NCBI GenBank assembly: GCA_963662795.1
Contig: OY759746.1
Span: 3,867,450 to 3,931,449 of the forward strand
Origin: Spirochaetia bacterium
GTDB taxonomy: Bacteria; Spirochaetota; Spirochaetia; CADAEX01
Direction: 5' to 3'
Length of the DNA: 64,000 nt
Shown: positions 10,578 to 18,734 of the stretch, piece after piece
Position numbering within the stretch: the stretch's first letter is position 1
Layout of the letters: every line of letters begins with the position of its first letter
Notes under the pieces: generated by a model
The model's database searches: none
What the model was told of the DNA's origin: nothing
The model's input: the letters and a program-made list of their open reading frames with translations, nothing else
Translations under genes and position numbers: made by a program

Positions 10578-11267
10578 TTGAGATTACATAAAATACACAT
10601 TCCAATGATAATTCTGCTGTTGCTTACATCATCAGCTGTTTTCGCAGCAGATGCAGTAATAAAGAATTTCACAGGAAGGGTTGAGATTCAAAATGCAGGC
10701 TCTTCTGCATGGAGCGCCGTCTCGCAGGGACAGAGCATAAAAACCGGAACACTGATATCAACAGGTTTTAATTCAAACGCAGTACTTGACCTTGGCAGCT
10801 CCGAGATTTTCCTGAAACCGCTTACAAGGGTTTCTGTCGACGATCTTGAGACAAGCGGCAGTACAATCAAGACAGACCTCAACCTGAAGCTCGGCAAAAT
10901 AAGGGCGGATGTAAAAACGACAGAAGGACTCAAGCACAACTTCACCCTGCGCACCCCTGTATCCACTGCCGCTGTACGCGGAACAGTATTTGAAGCCGGA
11001 GTCTCATCCCTTGATGTAATTCAGGGAATGATTGCATATTCAAATAAAATAGGACAGAAACGCAGTGTTGGAGGCGGCTCTTCCTCTTCCATGCCTGGAA
11101 CAGGGTTCAGCTCGCCTGAATCAGCGCTTGAGGCAATAGCCGCAAGTTTCAGCATAGACACAACAACAGCTGTTGAAACCGGTGCCGAAATTATAAGCGA
11201 TTATGTAAAAATCAGGACCACAGGCGAAGGTACAGTTGTCGTTACAGTTATAAGTAAGCCGTATTAA
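10578..11267 (+). CDS. Secreted FecR-domain protein 1
   Basis: TTG start after GGAGG; signal peptide ending VFA; STGFNS, LKLGKI, TPVSTAAVRGTVF. Confidence 0.85.
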   Translation: MRLHKIHIPMIILLLLTSSAVFAADAVIKNFTGRVEIQNAGSSAWSAVSQGQSIKTGTLISTGFNSNAVLDLGSSEIFLKPLTRVSVDDLETSGSTIKTDLNLKLGKIRADVKTTEGLKHNFTLRTPVSTAAVRGTVFEAGVSSLDVIQGMIAYSNKIGQKRSVGGGSSSSMPGTGFSSPESALEAIAASFSIDTTTAVETGAEIISDYVKIRTTGEGTVVVTVISKPY

Positions 11268-11279
11268 AGGAGGTCAGAA

Positions 11280-11747
11280 ATGAAAAAATTATTTTTTTTA
11301 TTTTTACTATTATCAATTTTTTTTATTTCCTGTTATATAACCCCTGAAAGTGATCAGGAAGACAGTGTATTATCTCTGCGGTTACCTGCAGACAGCATTC
11401 CACAAAGAGAGATTGGGGTAGATGAAGCCGGGTTTATGGCAATAATTACAAATGTTAATTTTGAGACTGAAGAGGTAGATGCAAGTTTTTTTAATAATCC
11501 CGAAAATGCATTATATATTGAAGAAGTCACAATCAGTTCTTCATCAGAAGATACCTTCATGGACAATTTACCAATTGAAATCCGTCTTGAAAAGGTTCCA
11601 GAGGGCGATAAAATGTACATCTATCTAATGTATCTTGGGAGTTTAGCATCTGACAATCCTTTTGGATTCTTTTATTCTGAAACCCCATTTTCAATAAAAA
11701 AGGGTGAGATCACTTATATAGAACTAACTGGATATGTTTTATATTAG
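11280..11747 (+). CDS. Lipoprotein (Cys-Tyr type) 1
   Basis: Lipobox FISC; SD AAGGAGG; C-terminal PFSIKKGEITYIEL. Confidence 0.75.
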   Translation: MKKLFFLFLLLSIFFISCYITPESDQEDSVLSLRLPADSIPQREIGVDEAGFMAIITNVNFETEEVDASFFNNPENALYIEEVTISSSSEDTFMDNLPIEIRLEKVPEGDKMYIYLMYLGSLASDNPFGFFYSETPFSIKKGEITYIELTGYVLY

Positions 11748-11774
11748 CTATATTCCGGAAGTATAGTTATCACT

Positions 11775-11804
11775 AAAAAGCCGGCTGTAACACCGGCTTT
11801 TTTT
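11775..11804. terminator. Bidirectional intrinsic terminator
   Basis: AAAAAGCCGG-ctgtaaca-CCGGCTTTTTTT between convergent genes. Confidence 0.85.
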
Positions 11805-11823
11805 ATACACCTGATAACTGTTC

Positions 11824-12252
11824 TCAATTCCGATCCTTCTTTTCAGCTTCCTTCACCATTATACGTTCCTTCACAACAACACTGTCCCGTGTATAGCCGT
11901 GTCTTTCGTAAAAACCATGCGCGAAACGTGTCGTTAAATAACCTCGAATTGTTTTAAGCTCATCAATATTATCTATATAGCACATCAGTTGCTCTCCTAT
12001 ACCCTGTCCCTGATATTCAGGTAAAACAAAGAATTCTGCAAGGTAATACATGGTTGAAAAATCAGTTACAATCCGTGCAAAGCCGACCTGCTTTCTGTCA
12101 AGATACACTCCGATGCAGAAAGAGTTTTCAATAGACTTAACAATAACCTCATCAGGCCTGTCCTTTGCCCAGTAAGACTCTTTATGCAGAAAATCTTTAA
12201 TCATTTCTATATCAAGCCTTGATTTGTCTGTGCTGAATTCAATTTCTTTCAT
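11824..12252 (-). CDS. GNAT-family N-acetyltransferase
   Basis: SYWA, QVGFAR, VLPEYQGQGIG (acetyl-CoA motif), HGFYERHG. Confidence 0.9.
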   Translation of the reverse strand: MKEIEFSTDKSRLDIEMIKDFLHKESYWAKDRPDEVIVKSIENSFCIGVYLDRKQVGFARIVTDFSTMYYLAEFFVLPEYQGQGIGEQLMCYIDNIDELKTIRGYLTTRFAHGFYERHGYTRDSVVVKERIMVKEAEKKDRN

Positions 12253-12491
12253 AAAACCAATCTGCAATAACATAATATAAGTGTCAACCTTCCGTGCAAG
12301 AGATATTCATTCAATTTATTTTCAGAAATTCCTTTTATTTTCATTTTTTCTAAATTATAATTAAATCATTGACTAATGTTTGGTTTAATTTATTTATAAG
12401 TGAATAAAACTGTTTTACCTTTTTTTTCAACTTGAACCGGTTTTACCCAAACTATTCTACTTCTGTCATTTTTTTTATTCAGGAGGGATAA

Positions 12492-13190
12492 ATGATTAAA
12501 GTTAAATTTCCCTTTATAGTCCTGCTTCTTTTTTTACTGTCATCAACTGCGGGATTTGCAGCAGATCAGGCAATTCTGAAAACTCTTTCCGGCAAAGTGG
12601 AACTTAACACAGGAGGCACTTCATGGATCCCGGCAAAACAGGGACAGACAATAGCCAAAGGGACAGTTATTTCTACCGGATTCAATTCAAATGCTGTTGT
12701 AGACCTCGGAAGCTCGGAAATTTTTTTAAAACCTCTTACAAGAATAGCGCTCGAAGATCTTTCAACAAGCGGCAATACAATAAAAACAAACCTTAACCTG
12801 AGGCTCGGCAGAATTGACGCAGATGTTAAAACAACTGAAGGGCTTAAGCATAACTTCACTCTGAGAACACCTGTCTCGACTGCCGCGGTCCGGGGAACCA
12901 GATTCACAGCAGGGGTTGCAATGCTTGAAGTAAAAACCGGCAGGATTTCCTATTCAAATAAAATAGGACAGAAGAGAAGTGTTTCAGGCGGATCATCCTC
13001 TTCTGTTTCAGGCGGCGGCTATACAGCACCTGAGTCAGCGGCTGAAGCAGTTGTCCAGACATTCAGCACTTTAACAACAACAGTTACAGAAACCGGCACA
13101 AGCATTATTGTAAGACCGCCTCCGGCCCTTCCCACAACAGGTACAGTAACAGTCACATGGGATCTGGATGAATCCGGTCTCCCGATGTGA
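12492..13190 (+). CDS. Secreted FecR-domain protein 2
   Basis: Signal peptide; core very similar to 10578..11267 (LKHNFTLRTPVSTAAVRGT). Confidence 0.85.
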   Translation: MIKVKFPFIVLLLFLLSSTAGFAADQAILKTLSGKVELNTGGTSWIPAKQGQTIAKGTVISTGFNSNAVVDLGSSEIFLKPLTRIALEDLSTSGNTIKTNLNLRLGRIDADVKTTEGLKHNFTLRTPVSTAAVRGTRFTAGVAMLEVKTGRISYSNKIGQKRSVSGGSSSSVSGGGYTAPESAAEAVVQTFSTLTTTVTETGTSIIVRPPPALPTTGTVTVTWDLDESGLPM

Positions 13191-13209
13191 AGAAGATAAG
13201 GAGTAATTT

Positions 13210-14076
13210 ATGAAAATAAATATATTTTTATTTATTTTACTAATATTTATTATTTTAATATCCTGTTACCAGCAGCCTGAATCAGCAGATTCAGGATCAG
13301 TATCTATCAGACTTCAGTCAGATATAATGAGGGATGCTCCTGCTGGTTATGACGGGGAACTGGTACTTGCAGTTTTCAAGGCTGGAGATCTTGATTCTTT
13401 GATAGGTTATTCAGGAGGCAGTATAGCTTCAACAGAAATTTCTTACCTCGGTGATTTCCCGACTCCGTTGCTGGCAAACAATTCAGTACCTTTTACCGGT
13501 AGATCAGGAGTAATCTCATTACTGAATGTACCTTCTGACAGATCTCTTTCGCTTCTTGTCGAACATTATGGCGGATTATACGGAGTAGAGGGAACATATT
13601 ATCATTCATATTCCGGAGTATCTGATACATTTGAAGTTAAGGGGGGCGGAACCGCTGAAGTAGCAATTACTCTTACCCCAACAACATATGCTGCCGGGAT
13701 GAGTGTAAATAAATATACTTCCTATACTGCTTCTCATTTCAGATTATATGATCCTACACATCTGAGTACAATTTTACATTTCAACGGTAATGAAATTGAA
13801 TTAATAGATCCCAGTTTTTATGAAACATTTAATATGGAGGATAGGTACGGAACAACAGGAACTGTATCTGGAAATAATGCTATTGTCACATTTGATGTTG
13901 CGGATGCTATTCTTCCAGGAAGAAAGACACGTGTACTTGTCAGTGAAAATCAAACCATCTCTCAAAATAATTTCATAGGAATATCTAATGAATTTGAACT
14001 GAGACCTGGATTATCAGATTATGTAACTGTAACATATTATCAGTACACTTCAAGCAGTTCCTGGAACTACAGCTAA
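13210..14076 (+). CDS. Lipoprotein (Cys-Tyr type) 2, probably two beta-sandwich domains
   Basis: Lipobox LISC; two terminal motifs SDTFEVKGGGTAEVAITL and SNEFELRPGLSDYVTVTY. Confidence 0.75.
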   Translation: MKINIFLFILLIFIILISCYQQPESADSGSVSIRLQSDIMRDAPAGYDGELVLAVFKAGDLDSLIGYSGGSIASTEISYLGDFPTPLLANNSVPFTGRSGVISLLNVPSDRSLSLLVEHYGGLYGVEGTYYHSYSGVSDTFEVKGGGTAEVAITLTPTTYAAGMSVNKYTSYTASHFRLYDPTHLSTILHFNGNEIELIDPSFYETFNMEDRYGTTGTVSGNNAIVTFDVADAILPGRKTRVLVSENQTISQNNFIGISNEFELRPGLSDYVTVTYYQYTSSSSWNYS

Positions 14077-14087
14077 AGCTGACTCAA

Positions 14088-15875
14088 GTGATTAAAGAAA
14101 AATATATCCCGGGTCCTGCAGCATTTTTCGCTGTAGATCCCGGGAATTTTATTGTTTATAATTTTTTAACAAAAAAAATATCTAAAATAACTAAAACCAA
14201 GGCTTACAAATATTCACAATTATCAGGTATTAAAACCATTGATCAGCACAAAAAAAATCAGGTTAATCAATCTGAATCCATTTCAACAATCAATGATTAT
14301 GATTATTTATTTTCAACTTTTATTAAAAATAAACTTCTCTGTCCTCTGTCTTTTTTTAAAGATTCTAATAAGAATTTAGATACTAATTATACAATAACAT
14401 TTATTACATCAAACAGACCGGAATTACTTACAAATGCGTTAAATAGTCTTGCAGAAAAAATATATATCAATCATAAAGATCTGCCTATCATGGTATTTGA
14501 TGACTCATCTGAACCAGAAATAACGGAAATAAACAAAAGTTTAAGTAATGAGATTAAAAATAAATTCGGAATAAAAACATTCTACTTTGGGATAAAGGAA
14601 AAACTACAATTTATTGATTTACTTAACTCAAAAACAGAAGGGAAAATAATCAATAAAGATATATTAAAATTTGCAATTCTGGGGTTTCAGCAGAATTCAC
14701 CCCTTAAAGGGCCGGGTGGAAACAGAAATACAGCTCTCTTAAAACTTGCCGGAAAAAAAGTAATCAGTTTTGATGATGATATACAATATCGTTTTGTCAC
14801 TCACCCTGAAATTAATCATGATATGGAAATAGCATATTTGAAAGATCCGGAAGGTGATCTGTTTTTAAATATATTCAGGGCAGGTGATAAAATTATTAAT
14901 TCTGAAATTGATCCCATTGGTTATATTAAAGAAATTCTGGGAAAAAGCATTAAAACACTCATAAAAAAAACAGAAATAAATAACGGGACTTTATTTACAG
15001 ATAATTTCAGACCAGAGCCTGTTTTTTCACTTGCAAACCAAGAAAGCTCAATAAAAGCTGCAATCTTTGGTATATATGGGGGAAGATGGTACAGCAGCCC
15101 TTTTGGAATCTATTTCAAAAACAATCCTGATAAAATAGTTTTCAAAAAAAAATCTGAATATACCAGCATAAAGGAAAAACCTGTATCTTTAATGCTTCCA
15201 CATCGCCTCACGTTGAGCAGAGCACCATTCTTTGTTGCAACAGCCATGGGAATGGATGCAGGGAATATCCTCCCGCCATTCCCGCCATATGGGAGAAATC
15301 AGGATGGAATTTGGGCAGCTGTAATGCTTGCATTAAACCAAAATGCATTTATATCACATATCCCTATTGCAATCTATCACGAGATGAGCAATAAAAATAT
15401 TTTTACAAATGATGACTATAAAGATGCTTCAGTAGGTTTCGGCATTATTACCGTGTTATTGATAGAACACTGCAGGAAAAAACTTATATCATTATACAGT
15501 AAAGCAACTTATGAAACACTGGGAAATCAGCTTTTCAATATATCTCAGATAACAGATAAACATTTTATTTCATTATGTCACGAGCTCTGGCTTGATTATA
15601 CAGGAAATACAATATGCAACATTGAAAAGAAACTTACTGATAATAAAAGAAAACCAAAACACTGGGCTGAAGATATGGATAAATTTATCGATTTGCTGGA
15701 AAAACAATCATTAGACCCTGGAAACGCACTTCCGAGAGAACTAAGAGACAATTACCCAATAGAGAAGACAATAAGGATATACAAATTATTTTTTAAAGAT
15801 TATGGAAATCTCTTAAAAAGCTGGCCCATTATATGGGAAGAAGCTTTTAATTTGAATATTGAAAAGGAAAACTGA
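14088..15875 (+). CDS. Hypothetical GT-A (GT2-like) glycosyltransferase with RRE/PqqD-like N-terminus, paralog 1
   Basis: FITSNRPELL, VFDDS, GGNRN, SFDDD, GRNQD; AT-rich. Confidence 0.6.
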   Translation: MIKEKYIPGPAAFFAVDPGNFIVYNFLTKKISKITKTKAYKYSQLSGIKTIDQHKKNQVNQSESISTINDYDYLFSTFIKNKLLCPLSFFKDSNKNLDTNYTITFITSNRPELLTNALNSLAEKIYINHKDLPIMVFDDSSEPEITEINKSLSNEIKNKFGIKTFYFGIKEKLQFIDLLNSKTEGKIINKDILKFAILGFQQNSPLKGPGGNRNTALLKLAGKKVISFDDDIQYRFVTHPEINHDMEIAYLKDPEGDLFLNIFRAGDKIINSEIDPIGYIKEILGKSIKTLIKKTEINNGTLFTDNFRPEPVFSLANQESSIKAAIFGIYGGRWYSSPFGIYFKNNPDKIVFKKKSEYTSIKEKPVSLMLPHRLTLSRAPFFVATAMGMDAGNILPPFPPYGRNQDGIWAAVMLALNQNAFISHIPIAIYHEMSNKNIFTNDDYKDASVGFGIITVLLIEHCRKKLISLYSKATYETLGNQLFNISQITDKHFISLCHELWLDYTGNTICNIEKKLTDNKRKPKHWAEDMDKFIDLLEKQSLDPGNALPRELRDNYPIEKTIRIYKLFFKDYGNLLKSWPIIWEEAFNLNIEKEN

Positions 15876-15877
15876 AT

Positions 15878-17686
15878 TTGACTGATAAATATTATCCTGC
15901 TTTTCTTGAATTTAAAAAAGCAGGTGAAAACAAATATTTCGTTTTAAACAGAAATGATCAAACAACACATATCATTAGTAGTTTTGAAGGAGAACTTTTG
16001 AGGAGTCTTTCAGGTTGTAAAACATGGGAAGAACATCTGGAGAATATCAGGGAAACTGATAAATATGGAATAGCAGATGCTGTTTTACTAAAAAGCTTCA
16101 ACAATTGGATTGATAGAGGATTTCTCCGAAATGAAATACTTATTTCAAACCCAGGAATAAACAAATATTCAGACAATGAGAAGCAGCAAATTATTTCTGG
16201 ATGCATAACCTGTAATCGCCCTGACATGCTGGACAGATGGCTGAAATCGAGGGTAAGAACACCAGATTATAAAGAGAAAAAAACCCAAATTCTGATATGC
16301 GATGATACTATAAATTCCAAAATATCTGAAAGAAATAAAAATATTATAAACAATCATAAAAAAGATTATGCCGGAAAAATTGCATACGTTGATAACAGAA
16401 AAAAGAAAATACTATCAGAATTGATAACACAATCAATATCTCATGATTTGCCAGAAGGCCTTGTTGATTTTGGTTTGTCTTTAGATGAAAATTTACATGT
16501 CAAAAACACAAGAGGCGGAAATAGAAATACAATGACACTTGCATCTGCCGGATTCACTCTGTATTCAAGTGATGATGATATTGAATACAGTTTTTTCTCA
16601 CGTCAAAACCAGCAATCAGATGAATATCATTTTGTTGATAATTTCAATTCGCCAACAACTTTTTATCCAGATATGAACTCCCTGAATTCAGGTATTACCT
16701 CTTTAGAGAAAATCAATCTATTAAAATGTTTTGAATCATTTATAGATTCAGATATATCATCTCTTTTTAAAAACAATGCTTCTGTTTTTCTTGATAATAT
16801 AACAGCAGAATCTGCCATGTTTGCTGAACAAAATATACTCCAGATCAGGGCAATTGGTGCAGGTTATTGCGGCGGCAGATGGTATCAGAATCCATTTATA
16901 CCGCTGTTCCAGCAGGATAGAGAGAGAGAACTTTTTTTTTACGACTATGAAAATTATAAATTTATCAGGAATAATGGATTGAATATAAAATCAGCAGACA
17001 ACTATACCCTTCACAACGACAATTTTCTAATGGGTGGGACCTTTTGTATAAATAATAAGAATATCATTTCACCGTGCCTTCCCAGAGGAAGAAGGGATGA
17101 TACGAACTTTGCAATTATCCTTAACAAGTGCCTTGAGCCTGGACTTACACTTCATCTCCCTTTTGCTTTGTATCACAATCCTGATGAAAAACCTCCGTTT
17201 TCAAAGAAGAATTTTATGGATGTATCTCTGGAAACAGGAATATACTCTAATCTACTTCTTGAAAAACTTACTTCATCGTTTCTAAATCCGGGGAGAAAAG
17301 AACGCTTACAAGAACTTGGCTTTCGTTTTCAGGAATTCGGGAAGCTTAAAACACCTGATTTTGAAGAGCAGCTTAAACTCATGCAGCTGGGATTTTTAAC
17401 AAAGATAATGAATCACATAAGTTATCTTCTTGATCTTTATGAAAGAGAGCCCATCTGGTGGGCGGAGGATATGGAAAAATATTACGAGCTGCTTAAAAAG
17501 GAAGCATTGTCATCTGAGAGTGTAGTGCCGAGTGAACTTCGCAGTTCAGGCACAAAAGAGGAAAGCCTTGCAGCTTTTCAGAATTACATTTTCAAATGCG
17601 GTGAGATGCTGCAATGGTGGCCGGAAATATGGGAAGCTGCCAGAGTGATAAACCAGGAAGGAAGAGGTCCAATAGATATTGATTAA
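15878..17686 (+). CDS. Hypothetical GT-A (GT2-like) glycosyltransferase with RRE/PqqD-like N-terminus, paralog 2
   Basis: ITCNRPDML, ICDDT, GGNRN, SSDDD, GRRDD; WAEDM and WPxIWE shared with paralog 1. Confidence 0.6.
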   Translation: MTDKYYPAFLEFKKAGENKYFVLNRNDQTTHIISSFEGELLRSLSGCKTWEEHLENIRETDKYGIADAVLLKSFNNWIDRGFLRNEILISNPGINKYSDNEKQQIISGCITCNRPDMLDRWLKSRVRTPDYKEKKTQILICDDTINSKISERNKNIINNHKKDYAGKIAYVDNRKKKILSELITQSISHDLPEGLVDFGLSLDENLHVKNTRGGNRNTMTLASAGFTLYSSDDDIEYSFFSRQNQQSDEYHFVDNFNSPTTFYPDMNSLNSGITSLEKINLLKCFESFIDSDISSLFKNNASVFLDNITAESAMFAEQNILQIRAIGAGYCGGRWYQNPFIPLFQQDRERELFFYDYENYKFIRNNGLNIKSADNYTLHNDNFLMGGTFCINNKNIISPCLPRGRRDDTNFAIILNKCLEPGLTLHLPFALYHNPDEKPPFSKKNFMDVSLETGIYSNLLLEKLTSSFLNPGRKERLQELGFRFQEFGKLKTPDFEEQLKLMQLGFLTKIMNHISYLLDLYEREPIWWAEDMEKYYELLKKEALSSESVVPSELRSSGTKEESLAAFQNYIFKCGEMLQWWPEIWEAARVINQEGRGPIDID

Positions 17687-17740
17687 GTGTTCCCGGTGAT
17701 TTTTTAAAAAACCCCCGGCAGAAAAATAAGGAAAATAAAA

Positions 17741-18718
17741 TTGAAAAAAATACTTGTTACAGGCGGCGGCGGTTTTATCGGCTCGCACCTGTGTGAAAAA
17801 CTTTTAAATGACGGTAATTCTGTTATCTGCCTTGATAATTTTTACACCGGCAGCAGATATAATGTTGAGCACTTAACCGGTAATAAATATTTTAAACTCC
17901 TGATTCATGATGTAACTGTTCCGGTCAATATTGAAACAGATCAGATATATAATCTTGCATGCCCGGCAAGTCCTGTTCATTATCAGTCCGATCCGGTACA
18001 GACAATAAAAACGTCTGTTCAGGGCGCAATTAATATGCTTGAACTCGCTAAAATAACCGGAGCGCGAATTCTTCAGGCTTCAACATCAGAGGTTTACGGA
18101 GATCCGGAAGTTCATCCCCAGAAAGAAGATTACTGGGGCAGGGTCAATCCTATTGGTATCAGAAGCTGCTATGACGGAGGGAAAAGGTGCGCGGAAACCC
18201 TTTTTTTCGATTATCACCGCCAGTACGGCGTTCAAATAAAAATTGCAAGAATTTTCAATACCTATGGACCAGGTATGCAGTCGAATGATGGAAGAGTTGT
18301 AAGCAATTTTATTGTACAGGCACTAAAAAATGAAAATCTTACGATTTTTGGTACAGGGAAACAGACCAGAAGTTTCTGTTATGTTGATGATATCGTAGAT
18401 GGTTTGGTTAAGCTAATGAACAGCCGGGATAATTTTACAGGCCCTGTCAATATCGGCAATCCTGATGAAATTTCAATACTTGAACTGGCTGAAAAAGTAA
18501 TCTCGCTGACCGGTTCCTATAGCAGCCTTGTTTACAACCCTCTGCCGGCCGATGATCCTCAGAGAAGGAAACCGATAATTGACCTTGCTGTGAATGAGCT
18601 GGGATGGCAGCCTGAAACAAAAATGCAGGAAGGGTTAAAGAAAACGATTGAATATTTTAACGGCGTCCTTTCCCGGAAAAATCAGGCTGGGCCGGTTCAA
18701 TTCAAACCGGCCCATTAA
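17741..18718 (+). CDS. UDP-glucuronate decarboxylase (UDP-xylose synthase), SDR family
   Basis: [47 protein letters not shown]. Confidence 0.92.
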   Translation: MKKILVTGGGGFIGSHLCEKLLNDGNSVICLDNFYTGSRYNVEHLTGNKYFKLLIHDVTVPVNIETDQIYNLACPASPVHYQSDPVQTIKTSVQGAINMLELAKITGARILQASTSEVYGDPEVHPQKEDYWGRVNPIGIRSCYDGGKRCAETLFFDYHRQYGVQIKIARIFNTYGPGMQSNDGRVVSNFIVQALKNENLTIFGTGKQTRSFCYVDDIVDGLVKLMNSRDNFTGPVNIGNPDEISILELAEKVISLTGSYSSLVYNPLPADDPQRRKPIIDLAVNELGWQPETKMQEGLKKTIEYFNGVLSRKNQAGPVQFKPAH

Positions 18719-18734
18719 TATTCTATTTAAGGAT

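Noticed and set aside
12274-12491. RiPP precursor peptide for the RRE-like proteins
   Set aside because: AT-rich promoter-like DNA with no convincing short ORF with an RBS. The gaps around 14088-17741 are too small.
10578-13190. Classical FecIRA iron-signalling system
   Set aside because: No ECF sigma factor or TonB-dependent receptor with a plug domain is adjacent, and the FecR proteins lack a cytoplasmic anti-sigma region.
18160-18190. Inactive UDP-glucuronate decarboxylase (CYDGGKR instead of the usual CYDEGKR)
   Set aside because: The catalytic YxxxK and TSE motifs are intact; one substitution is not enough evidence.
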